A stretch of 64,000 nt of DNA from the IMG/VR virus record IMGVR_UViG_3300020172_001601, positions 124,001-188,000 of that record, one strand, 5' to 3'. The position numbers and the translations under genes were made by a program. The first letter of the stretch is position 1; each line of letters opens with the position of its first letter. Under the pieces are notes generated by a model. That model was not told the DNA's origin, made no database searches, and saw nothing but the letters and a program-made list of their open reading frames with translations. Shown piece after piece: positions 38,544-47,174 of the stretch.

Positions 38544-38638
38544 TTGCCCTTGTTGCTAGAGATCGTAGCGGGACGCCTCGTGTGGTAACGCTGATCTCTT
38601 ATAAAGATCAAGATCAGGTTCGATTCCTGAAGGGATAA
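38544..38638 (+). ncRNA. tRNA-like element with anticodon loop CT-TAT-AA and a disrupted acceptor/D region
   Basis: gatct-CTTATAA-agatc arm and tcagg-TTCGATT-cctga T arm are canonical; the acceptor pairs only partly, and only if an extra hairpin is looped out. Confidence 0.4.
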
Positions 38639-38774
38639 ATGCCTGACTACGGCCACCGAAACAACAAGGGTATTTTTCAAGATCGACATGAACTAAAGTC
38701 AGCCGCCGCTCTCTAGGTGATTGTGGCGGTTGACTGATGCGAAACTAAAACACACACTACAAAGGAACTTTCCA

Positions 38775-39569
38775 ATGAGCAATGCAAGTCTGGTCCAGGT
38801 CGTCGAGACGGTCGTGGATGAAAAGGTTCAAGCCGGTGAATTGTTCACCGCCCATGATGTTACCCTCGAAGTCCGTCAGCGTGGCCATCGGGCCGGTCAC
38901 GGCGAAGTCCGTGATGCTGTTCACGACTATTATGGTCGTGGTGGATTGGGCGTTGCATATTCTCGCACCAATATCTCGGTGCCGGGCGGCAACCCATATC
39001 TGTACCATCGTGGTGCAGATGATCCTTCGACATATCAGAACATTCGTGGTGGCGGCAACGTCAATGTTCCCAATCCTGCAACGATTACGGTTCCTCCGGT
39101 CGGCCAGAGCGGGGACGATGATGACGACGACGACGGGGCTGCACAAGCTGTGACTATTCCAGCCAGTCTTTTGGGGAGTCTAACTTCAGTTCCTCAGAAT
39201 TCGGTAGCTGGTATTGCAGTTTCCGGCGTGAACGGTCATGCTCGCAACAGTGCGACACGCACCAGCAACAAGCCGGGCAATACGAAAGCCCGCACAGTTG
39301 ACGGACGTGGAACGCTGAGTATCCCGGCTCCGATTATTCGGCAGCTTGGATTCAAGCCTCGCCAAAAAGTATACGCAGTGGCGGCGACCAACGGTGTGGA
39401 TATTGTTGACACGAAGCCTCCTGCATCTGCCGTATATGGAACGTATACGGTGGACGATCACGAACAGGTTCGTCTGACCCAGGCACTATTGCAACGTGCT
39501 GGTATTGCTGGTAAGCAATACGATGTTGAGCAAGCAAACAATAAGGTGGTAGTCAAACTTTCTAAGTAG
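38775..39569 (+). CDS. hypothetical protein with C-terminal AbrB/SpoVT-like repeats
   Basis: RTVDGRGTLSIPAPIIRQLGF; YTVDDHEQVRLTQALLQRAGI. Confidence 0.6.
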   Translation: MSNASLVQVVETVVDEKVQAGELFTAHDVTLEVRQRGHRAGHGEVRDAVHDYYGRGGLGVAYSRTNISVPGGNPYLYHRGADDPSTYQNIRGGGNVNVPNPATITVPPVGQSGDDDDDDDGAAQAVTIPASLLGSLTSVPQNSVAGIAVSGVNGHARNSATRTSNKPGNTKARTVDGRGTLSIPAPIIRQLGFKPRQKVYAVAATNGVDIVDTKPPASAVYGTYTVDDHEQVRLTQALLQRAGIAGKQYDVEQANNKVVVKLSK

Positions 39570-39571
39570 AC

Positions 39572-39614
39572 TTTACACCATTCAAAATCAGTGGTATAAT
39601 CCTGCCACTGGTTT
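39572..39614 (+). promoter_or_regulatory. sigma70-type promoter with the -10 box in an inverted-repeat loop
   Basis: TTTACA-17-TATAAT; aaatcagtgg/ccactggttt arms. Confidence 0.75.
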
Positions 39615-39683
39615 AGGAAAACCCAAAACGAAACTTTCAACCGATCTATCCGATTCCGACACTGACACGAGGGGAAATGTTCC

Positions 39684-41351
39684 ATGAGCGATGAAGTCAT
39701 TACACTGTCGAGGGACGAATTCGAGGAAATCAAGGGCCAACTGGTTTTCCTTGATGCCGAATTGTCCCGCCTTATGGCACAACCTTTGGTGTACGCCACG
39801 GTTGTCAAGGCAGACAACAAGTTCAATCTGGAGGTTTTCGAGCAGGGCGACCGAATGCTCGTGATCGACAAAGAACTTCGCAAGCAGAAGAAGTTCTACG
39901 GCAAGATCGCATCTGCCGGTGTCGATGAAGACGGTTGGGTGATTCTGGAATATCCTACGGGCGGGCGTGACCGATTGAATATCGGCCTCAAGACCGAACT
40001 ACCGCAGGTTAAGTTGCTCGGCAAGGACGACGGCATGAATGTCGTCATCACCTTCGACGGGAAGCTGTTCGAGGTTCACGGTCTGCCCGGTGTCTTCTTC
40101 AAGCCTTCCGAAAACGTGAAGGTTGACATGGAGACGAAGCAGATTCACTCCAGCACGGGCGTCAGCAGCGCCGGTGACGTGGTTTACATCAAGTCCATCG
40201 TGGACGAGAATCACGTTGAAGTCGAAAGCAATGGCAGCAATCGTGTTGTCATCTTCGGCCTCGATCAGAAGATCGAACCAAGTGACCGTGTGATGTTGGA
40301 TAATTCCAACACGGTTATCCTTCGGGTGTTGGAACGTGACGGCAAGGATCGTTTCAACCTGACGGAAAATTCCGACACACAATGGTCTGATATTGCCGGG
40401 TTGGATGACGCCAAGGAACAACTGATCGAGGCGTTGGAAACTCCGTACAAGAACCCGGAGATTTACAAGTTCTACGGCATGGCCCCTCCGAAGGGTGTCC
40501 TGTTGTATGGACCGCAGGGTTGTGGGAAGACTTTGACCGCCAAGGCAGCAGCGGCTTCGCTGGCTCGCACACACGGTTCGGAGAACTTCCAGTCGGGATT
40601 CATCTACGTCAAGGGACCGGAACTCCTGTCCAAGTGGGTTGGTCAGACCGAACAAGAAATTCGTGGTCTGTTCACCCGTGGTCGGGAACACTTCCAGAAG
40701 CACGGCTATCCGGCCTTGCTGTTCATTGACGAAGCTGATGCCCTTCTGCCGATGAGAGGGACTGGCAAGAGCAGCGACGTGGAGAACACCATCGTCCCGC
40801 AGTTCTTGTCGGAAATGGACGGGTTGGAAGCGTCGGGTGTGATGGTTCTGTTGGCTACAAACCAACCGAAGCGTCTGGACCCAGCGGTTGTTCGTGAAGG
40901 TCGTATAGACCGTCACGTTAAGATCAGCCGTCCGAACGAAAAGAATGCCATCGAATACTTCCGCATTCACATGAGAGGTATGCCGTTGGCGAAGGGTGTG
41001 GAACCGGAAGAAGTGGCGAACCTCGCTGCTGCTGAAATCTTCCATGCTCAACGGGCGCTTTACCGTGTGACTCACCGTCAGACGGCAGAAATCTTCCGTC
41101 TGGCTGACGCCGTGACGGGAGCGATGATTGCTGGAGTGGTGGCGCAGGCCAAGTCCATCGCCATGAAGCGAGACTTGGCAAAGGGTGGCAAGCCGAAGGG
41201 TGTGTTGCCTGAAGACTTCGCTGTTTCGGTGAACAACCACTACATTCAGCACGCCGACCTGAACGCCACGTTCGATCTGGAAGACTTCTGTGATCGACTC
41301 GGCTTCGACCGGAAGTCGGTGAATGTCGAGAAGTTGGCTGTTGCCAAGTAA
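39684..41351 (+). CDS. ARC/Mpa-like AAA+ ATPase
   Basis: N-terminal coiled coil and OB-like region; KGVLLYGPQGCGKT, KGPELLSKWVG, FIDEAD, SSDVENTIVPQFLSEMDG, LDPAVVREGRID, VTGAMI. Confidence 0.85.
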   Translation: MSDEVITLSRDEFEEIKGQLVFLDAELSRLMAQPLVYATVVKADNKFNLEVFEQGDRMLVIDKELRKQKKFYGKIASAGVDEDGWVILEYPTGGRDRLNIGLKTELPQVKLLGKDDGMNVVITFDGKLFEVHGLPGVFFKPSENVKVDMETKQIHSSTGVSSAGDVVYIKSIVDENHVEVESNGSNRVVIFGLDQKIEPSDRVMLDNSNTVILRVLERDGKDRFNLTENSDTQWSDIAGLDDAKEQLIEALETPYKNPEIYKFYGMAPPKGVLLYGPQGCGKTLTAKAAAASLARTHGSENFQSGFIYVKGPELLSKWVGQTEQEIRGLFTRGREHFQKHGYPALLFIDEADALLPMRGTGKSSDVENTIVPQFLSEMDGLEASGVMVLLATNQPKRLDPAVVREGRIDRHVKISRPNEKNAIEYFRIHMRGMPLAKGVEPEEVANLAAAEIFHAQRALYRVTHRQTAEIFRLADAVTGAMIAGVVAQAKSIAMKRDLAKGGKPKGVLPEDFAVSVNNHYIQHADLNATFDLEDFCDRLGFDRKSVNVEKLAVAK

Positions 41352-41383
41352 TTGGTTGCAGTAAAAACGTAAAGTTACTTATG

Positions 41384-41423
41384 CTGCCCGGTCATCGTGG
41401 GGATGACCGGGCAGTTGTTGTTT
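41384..41423 (+). terminator. intrinsic terminator
   Basis: ctgcccggtcatc/gatgaccgggcag stem. Confidence 0.7.
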
Positions 41424-41456
41424 ACAGAACTCGTTTTTTGGGGTAGAATCCTCATC

Positions 41457-42863
41457 ATGTTCACTTTATCGGAAGCATACGAAGCATTAAATGGTCACGA
41501 CGAGTTTGCCGTAAAGGTTTACGACGGCAAGGTTTCGTTCGACTACATCGTTATCTTTCCTGGGTCTTTCGACGCTACCGATGATGAAATCCGACACCGT
41601 GCTTATCTCCTGTGGGAGCAAGCTGGTGGTCCGGTCGTGGACTCTGCACAATTCTGGTTTCAGGCAGAGCGAGACATTAAGCGTTTTGCTCATCTTCGTC
41701 GCAATTTTCGTGGCGTTACGTTTGACGTAGCGACCGGCGAAATGATCTCGCTGCCTCTTCACAAGTTTTTCAACGTCAACCAAATTCCAGAAACTCAATA
41801 TGATGTTATCAAGCATCATGATGCTGTTATCTATGAGAAGATGGATGGGACGATGATTCACTTCTTCCTACACAATGGGAAGTTAGAAGCTGCAACCTGC
41901 CGTTCGACTCATCACCCGCTCGCACATGAGGCGTTGGCGTTGGCGAAGAAGAACCGTATTGATGGGATGATTGTTGATACCATCAAGAACGGTTGGACTC
42001 CAATCTTTGAATATGTTGCTCCACACAATCAAGTTGTGGTTCAATATGCCGAGCCACGTTTGGTGCATCTGGTATCCCGTGAACGCAAGTCAGGAAAGTA
42101 TCATTACGATGATTCTTTTCCTGATAAGGCACGTCGTTTTGAATTCAAGTTTGGTCAGGTTTTCAATAACCTCGATCATACTGAGTTCGAGGGATATGTT
42201 TGTCATTTACCAAACATGGTCGTCAAGGCAAAGACTCCTTGGTACATGGAACGTCACCGGGCTGTTGATGCTTTGATGCGCCCGGCGTACAAGTTATACA
42301 AAATCGTATTCGATGGGTTGATGGACGACTTGATCGCCATCGCCACCGAGCCGTACAAGCCAGCGCTTCGTAAGGTATACGAAGAGGCTCAACGTGATCT
42401 TCTGAACGAGAAGAAGCGTGTAGAGGAACAATTTGCTGAGGCTGTGGAACTTTCCGAGAAGGCTCCGACTCTAACGGACGATCCAAATCCGTTGGCTGAT
42501 TTAGAGAAGGAAATCAATCTCCTGAAGGACCAGGGCAAGCGATTGGAGGCCATCAAGCGGGTTCGTGACTTCACGGGCCTTGGCTTGAGTGAAGCAAAGT
42601 CTTACGTTGAACGTGGTGTGTGGCCCCACGGTTTTATTCGACGTGATGAACAAGAGATTGAGGCTCGTCGGCTTATTCGCACCAAGGGCAGCTTCGCTGA
42701 TCTGGCTCGTGCAAAATATCCTGATGACTTCAACCTCATCATGGCTTTGTATCAAGGGCGTGATCCTAGCGATGGGATCAAAGAGCGGTTGATGGAGGTA
42801 TATCGTGTGAAATACCCTCAAAAACTTTACGCCAAACTTGATGATAACCATGAAGATGGGTAA
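41457..42863 (+). CDS. T4 Rnl1-like RNA ligase with DUF2934-like and L7/L12-CTD-like insertions
   Basis: RGVTFD..LPLHKFFN, YEKMDGTMI, TPIFEY, EGYV, KAKTPWY; EIRHRAYLLWEQAG..FWFQAERDI; LEAIKRVRDFTGLGLSEAKSYVE. Confidence 0.85.
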   Translation: MFTLSEAYEALNGHDEFAVKVYDGKVSFDYIVIFPGSFDATDDEIRHRAYLLWEQAGGPVVDSAQFWFQAERDIKRFAHLRRNFRGVTFDVATGEMISLPLHKFFNVNQIPETQYDVIKHHDAVIYEKMDGTMIHFFLHNGKLEAATCRSTHHPLAHEALALAKKNRIDGMIVDTIKNGWTPIFEYVAPHNQVVVQYAEPRLVHLVSRERKSGKYHYDDSFPDKARRFEFKFGQVFNNLDHTEFEGYVCHLPNMVVKAKTPWYMERHRAVDALMRPAYKLYKIVFDGLMDDLIAIATEPYKPALRKVYEEAQRDLLNEKKRVEEQFAEAVELSEKAPTLTDDPNPLADLEKEINLLKDQGKRLEAIKRVRDFTGLGLSEAKSYVERGVWPHGFIRRDEQEIEARRLIRTKGSFADLARAKYPDDFNLIMALYQGRDPSDGIKERLMEVYRVKYPQKLYAKLDDNHEDG

Positions 42864-42880
42864 CACATGGATGGCAACTC

Positions 42881-43159
42881 ATGGGAGCGACTATGCCGAA
42901 GTTCAAAGTTATGAGTGGTGAGTTTGAAGTCGTAGTGAACGAAAAGACGCTCCGCAAAGCAGGCGACTTGGCGATCCAGCTTCACAATAAGAGCAACCAT
43001 CCTAGCACGCTGGGAGAATTGACCTTGGTGGAAAAGCTGGATCGTCATAGTAGTCAGCCTACCGGAGATCACATCTTCATTTCTACACAAACATTGCTTG
43101 ATGAAAATACATCAGGCTTGGGCGAAAATACTGGTCAATACTCTCGCATCGAAGAATAG
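42881..43159 (+). CDS. hypothetical protein
   Basis: 92 aa ORF. Confidence 0.6.
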   Translation: MGATMPKFKVMSGEFEVVVNEKTLRKAGDLAIQLHNKSNHPSTLGELTLVEKLDRHSSQPTGDHIFISTQTLLDENTSGLGENTGQYSRIEE

Positions 43160-43167
43160 GAGCAGCA

Positions 43168-43836
43168 ATGTCAGAAATCAAAATCAATAGCGTGACAAAG
43201 GCGACCGACCTCCGTTGGCTCAATCTGTATAACGTCGATTATACATCGAAAGACGGAAAGCAAGGTCAATGGACATTCGCCAGTCGCAAGACTCCACAAC
43301 CGGCAGGCTCGCCCCTCGTGGCCGATGCTGTTGTGATTATCCCACTGCTGAAGGATGGTCGCAAACGGAAGCTGGTCAGCATCCGGGAATTCCGTATCCC
43401 CCTGGGAGACTATGAATATGGTTTCCCGGCTGGTCTTTATGACCATAACGAAACAGCCGAAGCTGTCGCCAAGCGTGAGTTGAAAGAAGAAACAGGACTC
43501 AAGCTGACAAAGGTTCTTTACGTCAGCCCGCCGTGTGTTTCTTCGGCTGGTCTTTCTGATGAGTCGGTAGTGTATGTCGTGTGTGAATGCACTGGAGAAG
43601 TCAGCAGTGCTGGCACTGAAGGATCGGAAGACATTAAGGTTGGACTGCTCGATATTGACGGGGTTCGGGCGCTTCGCCAGTCTCCCAACAAGATTTCGGC
43701 CAAGGCTATTACCTTTCTGCTCATGTTCGATGGGATGAACAAGATTGCATGGCCGAAGCACCTTCGCCAAGAACAACCCAAGAAGGCGAAAAAGGCAAAG
43801 CCGGAAGCTCTACAAACGGCTGATCCTGTGGTATGA
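43168..43836 (+). CDS. Nudix hydrolase, ADP-ribose pyrophosphatase (NudF)-like
   Basis: EFRIPLG..YGFPAGLYDHNETAEAVAKRELKEETG, SAGLSDE. Confidence 0.85.
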   Translation: MSEIKINSVTKATDLRWLNLYNVDYTSKDGKQGQWTFASRKTPQPAGSPLVADAVVIIPLLKDGRKRKLVSIREFRIPLGDYEYGFPAGLYDHNETAEAVAKRELKEETGLKLTKVLYVSPPCVSSAGLSDESVVYVVCECTGEVSSAGTEGSEDIKVGLLDIDGVRALRQSPNKISAKAITFLLMFDGMNKIAWPKHLRQEQPKKAKKAKPEALQTADPVV

Positions 43837-43861
43837 TATAACCACGAAAGGTGGTAATATC

Positions 43862-44239
43862 ATGTCTTGCTTAACTGATGACAAAAATACATTGGGTCTT
43901 GTTCGAGTTGAAACCGACAAGGTTATTGCTGCTTGCAACAAAAAACTCAATAGTATTTACGCATATCGCTCCGATGCTCGTCGCCAATACTGCCAGCAAT
44001 GGCTAACCGCTGCCACAAAAAGTTGGCAGCGGTTTTGGCGTTTTCTTGGTTATAAAAAACCAGTGTTAAGAAACGCATTGGAAGCCTTCTACGGTGGGCA
44101 GTTTCCTACGTCTTTTGACGTAAGCATCACTTACGGACTTCAAGAGCAAAACTGCAAAGATTTGCTTCGTGCTGCCAAAGCAACGAATAATTCAACAATG
44201 TGGATTTCCAACGAAGGCGCAAGAGCCTGTAATCTGTGA
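43862..44239 (+). CDS. hypothetical protein
   Basis: 125 aa ORF after a promoter-like motif. Confidence 0.65.
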   Translation: MSCLTDDKNTLGLVRVETDKVIAACNKKLNSIYAYRSDARRQYCQQWLTAATKSWQRFWRFLGYKKPVLRNALEAFYGGQFPTSFDVSITYGLQEQNCKDLLRAAKATNNSTMWISNEGARACNL

Positions 44240-44246
44240 GGCAAAT

Positions 44247-44909
44247 ATGAAATCTGAAGACATGCTTAACAAGTTACATGAGGCTCTGGCCCTCTTGCCT
44301 TCGATACTTACAAATCGAGAGGCATGGGATAGCCTTATTGTGAATCGTAGGAAGCCATACACCTACAGAGTATTCACTACCTTGCCGAATGGTCTTCGAC
44401 TGTGCCTACACAAGTTCGATCCGTGTCACACCCACGAAGCGTTCGCTCACCCGCATCCTTGGCCCGGAGCGTTTGTAATACTCCAAGGCAAATACAAGAT
44501 GAATGTCGGGTATTCTTGTGGTGGTCGTCAAGACTCCGCACCGGCTGAAGTCACTACGTTGATCCTCAATAGGCATTCTTCTTATGAGATCATCAACCCG
44601 CTGACGTGGCATTCGGTCATTCCTTTGGAACCGACATATACGGTGATGGTCAATGACTCGCCGTGGGACACTGAGACGGCAGCACATAAAGATGTGCGCA
44701 CCACCAAGGGCAAAGACCTGGATAAAATGCCAGAACCAGAGTTGCTGGAACATCTGAGTATTTTCCAACGTCTCGTGGAAGAATGGCTTTTGACTAAGCC
44801 GGAGATTCCACAGCCAATAGAGAATGTTAGGTTTTTAATGAAAGCTGTTCGTCGCCAAGTCCCGCAACATTTGATTGATGAGGATAAAAATGCTTCCAGT
44901 CCTCAATGA
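44247..44909 (+). CDS. hypothetical protein, cupin-like
   Basis: LCLHKF..HPHPWP..WHSV pattern. Confidence 0.55.
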   Translation: MKSEDMLNKLHEALALLPSILTNREAWDSLIVNRRKPYTYRVFTTLPNGLRLCLHKFDPCHTHEAFAHPHPWPGAFVILQGKYKMNVGYSCGGRQDSAPAEVTTLILNRHSSYEIINPLTWHSVIPLEPTYTVMVNDSPWDTETAAHKDVRTTKGKDLDKMPEPELLEHLSIFQRLVEEWLLTKPEIPQPIENVRFLMKAVRRQVPQHLIDEDKNASSPQ

Positions 44910-45399
44910 CACAATTGAATGCTCATGCACAGATTGTGTTTCGGCGTGCAAGAAAAAGCCCGGCTGGTTCGCCCCAGGTGAAATCAAGCCAGCCGCCGAT
45001 CTGTTGGGTATGTCTGAGAAAGATTTCTTTGACAAATACCTGTCAGTTGATTATTGGGGCAACCCGGACTCATGGATGTTTGTATTGTCCCCGGCCACAC
45101 TGAATGCTACTCCGGGGCAAGAGTTTCCTTTGGACCCTACTGGACAATGCGTCTTCTTGAAGGAAGATGGCAAGTGTTCAATTCATGAAGCCAAGCCGTA
45201 TGAATGCAAGGCATACGATCACAGGAAGAAAGAAAGCGAAGCAGACCTAGAGCAAGCCTCGAAGCAGCATTTGTCTGTCGCTGAAGCCTGGGTGTCTCAC
45301 AAGGATTACATTGCCAATCTGCTTGGCAGGGAACCAGAAGTGTTGCCGCCGAACCCACTGGAAATGTTGCAGTTTCTTTTTAGCATGGTGGGCAAATGA
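44890..45399 (+). CDS. YkgJ family cysteine-cluster protein
   Basis: CSCTDCVSACK, CVFL..GKCSIHEAKPYECK. Confidence 0.8.
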   Translation: MLPVLNDTIECSCTDCVSACKKKPGWFAPGEIKPAADLLGMSEKDFFDKYLSVDYWGNPDSWMFVLSPATLNATPGQEFPLDPTGQCVFLKEDGKCSIHEAKPYECKAYDHRKKESEADLEQASKQHLSVAEAWVSHKDYIANLLGREPEVLPPNPLEMLQFLFSMVGK

Positions 45400-45806
45400 A
45401 ACTCTCCGAAACCAAATTTCGAGTATTGTTCAATGAGCATTTGCTCAAGCTACTCGATCTTGAAAAAGAACAAATAGCGTGGATCGCTCGTGAAGCGGCC
45501 AACCTGATGACCACTGATAAGTGGGAATCCAATATCGAAGCCCACATGATGGACGAAGAGTTGGATTGTTGGCAGCACGACATGGTTACACGAGACGGCG
45601 AAACAATTGTCTTGGAAGGCGTTCCATATCCAAAAGACTTTCTTATTTTGTGGACGCCTCATTATCCTGATACGTTGCCAGAGCCGGGAAGTCCTGACAC
45701 CAAGTATATGGATTTCCCAACCGATTTCGCACACTTGCTCGAAAAGGATCGCAAAGAGCTAGGTGTGTTCAAGGTTGGCGAAGGTGTTGACTATGGACGC
45801 AAATAA
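45396..45806 (+). CDS. hypothetical protein
   Basis: ATGA overlap. Confidence 0.65.
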   Translation: MKLSETKFRVLFNEHLLKLLDLEKEQIAWIAREAANLMTTDKWESNIEAHMMDEELDCWQHDMVTRDGETIVLEGVPYPKDFLILWTPHYPDTLPEPGSPDTKYMDFPTDFAHLLEKDRKELGVFKVGEGVDYGRK

Positions 45807-45996
45807 ACCTTGCAACCCTGACCATAATGGCGAATGTTTAGTGTGTGATGGCTGGCTGTCACATTGCGCACTAGACAGATTGCGAGCGGGCGACTTCAAG
45901 TATGAAACCTTGGATGAACTGCTGGTAATGTTCAAGGATTTCTTAACAGAAGACGAAGTTCGCAATTTACGAACACAATACGGAACAAACAAATGA
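45793..45996 (+). CDS. hypothetical protein
   Basis: small Cys-containing ORF. Confidence 0.55.
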   Translation: MDANKPCNPDHNGECLVCDGWLSHCALDRLRAGDFKYETLDELLVMFKDFLTEDEVRNLRTQYGTNK

Positions 45997-47003
45997 TTAC
46001 CCTAAAAGATAAAGTCCGAGGCAATTTCCTGGGTGTCGCTATTGGCGATGCACTCGGCAAGCCAGTTGAAATGTGCAAACCTCAGCATATTGCTGAGAAG
46101 TATGGTCGCATTGAAGACTACCAAAACTGTAGTTCTCACAAGTATTTCGAGAACGACCATAAAGGCACCACGACCGACGACTGGCAGCTTACCAAGGCCG
46201 TTGCTCGTGCCATGATTACGACCGGCAAGTTCGATCTGGACGAGATTGCTGTTGAACACGGTAAGGAATTCGCAATCAGCGTTCGTGGCTGGGGCGGCTC
46301 AACCAGAGAAGCTGTTGCTCGTATTGTTGAAGGAATTCACTGGAAAGAGGCTGGCAAGACCACCGAGAAGAATCGAGGCTTGGGCAACGGCGTTTCCATG
46401 AAGGCGTCACCAGCGGGGCTTTATATGGCCCTGACGAATCCAAGCTGTGACAACCCGCCTTGGGACGATCATGTGAAGAATATCGCTGATATGGCGATTA
46501 TGACGCACTACACGAGTATTGCAGTGACGAGTGGTCTGGCTCATGCCTTCGCCACGCTGAAGTGTTTCAGTGTCACCCCTGAAACCTTCGACCCTGATTC
46601 GTTCGTGAATGTCGTTATTGGCGCTGCTCAGATCGGACGCCAGTATTGTCCTGGGACGCTCAATGACGATATGCAGGTTCGTTTTGAGCGATTGAAGAAG
46701 CCATATACCCCGCAGGGCATTATTGACCCAGATGAGTTCGGCGGTGGCTCCTGCTATGTCTACGACAGCTTGCCGTTTACATACGCATGGTTCCTTCGCA
46801 ATCCACAAAGCATCGAAAGTCTGTATGACTGTGTGAGTGCTGGTGGTGACGCTGACAGTAATGGCTCGATGCTGGCTGGGCTATTGGGAGCATTGCACGG
46901 TGCAAGCATTTTCCCGGATCATCTGGTTGATGGGCTGAAGAATAAAGACGAGGTTCTGGAGATCGCCGACCAGTTTTACGAGAAATTTGCCAAGTCGAAG
47001 TGA
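45993..47003 (+). CDS. ADP-ribosylglycohydrolase (DraG/ARH family)
   Basis: AIGDALGKPVE, TTDDWQL, GNGVSMK, GGDADSNGSMLAGLLGA. Confidence 0.92.
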   Translation: MITLKDKVRGNFLGVAIGDALGKPVEMCKPQHIAEKYGRIEDYQNCSSHKYFENDHKGTTTDDWQLTKAVARAMITTGKFDLDEIAVEHGKEFAISVRGWGGSTREAVARIVEGIHWKEAGKTTEKNRGLGNGVSMKASPAGLYMALTNPSCDNPPWDDHVKNIADMAIMTHYTSIAVTSGLAHAFATLKCFSVTPETFDPDSFVNVVIGAAQIGRQYCPGTLNDDMQVRFERLKKPYTPQGIIDPDEFGGGSCYVYDSLPFTYAWFLRNPQSIESLYDCVSAGGDADSNGSMLAGLLGALHGASIFPDHLVDGLKNKDEVLEIADQFYEKFAKSK

Positions 47004-47174
47004 ACCAAAAGACTAGATTGTTCTCTAGGCTTGTGTAATCGGCTTTACAACCCGACAAAAAGATGGTAGAATCACTCATCGGGAATGAGATCGTTGACCC
47101 GGCCTCGCAATGAGCGGTAAGGTCCGGTAAACTTGTCAACGGTTGTTGTTTCCTCCGCTGGAGTTATGACGAAT

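Noticed and set aside
39999-41252. Long antisense ORFs (also 3989-4933, 12438-13508, 47439-48275, 53307-54356, 54396-55625)
   Set aside because: They are shadows of strongly codon-biased genes on the opposite strand and carry no recognisable motifs or SDs.
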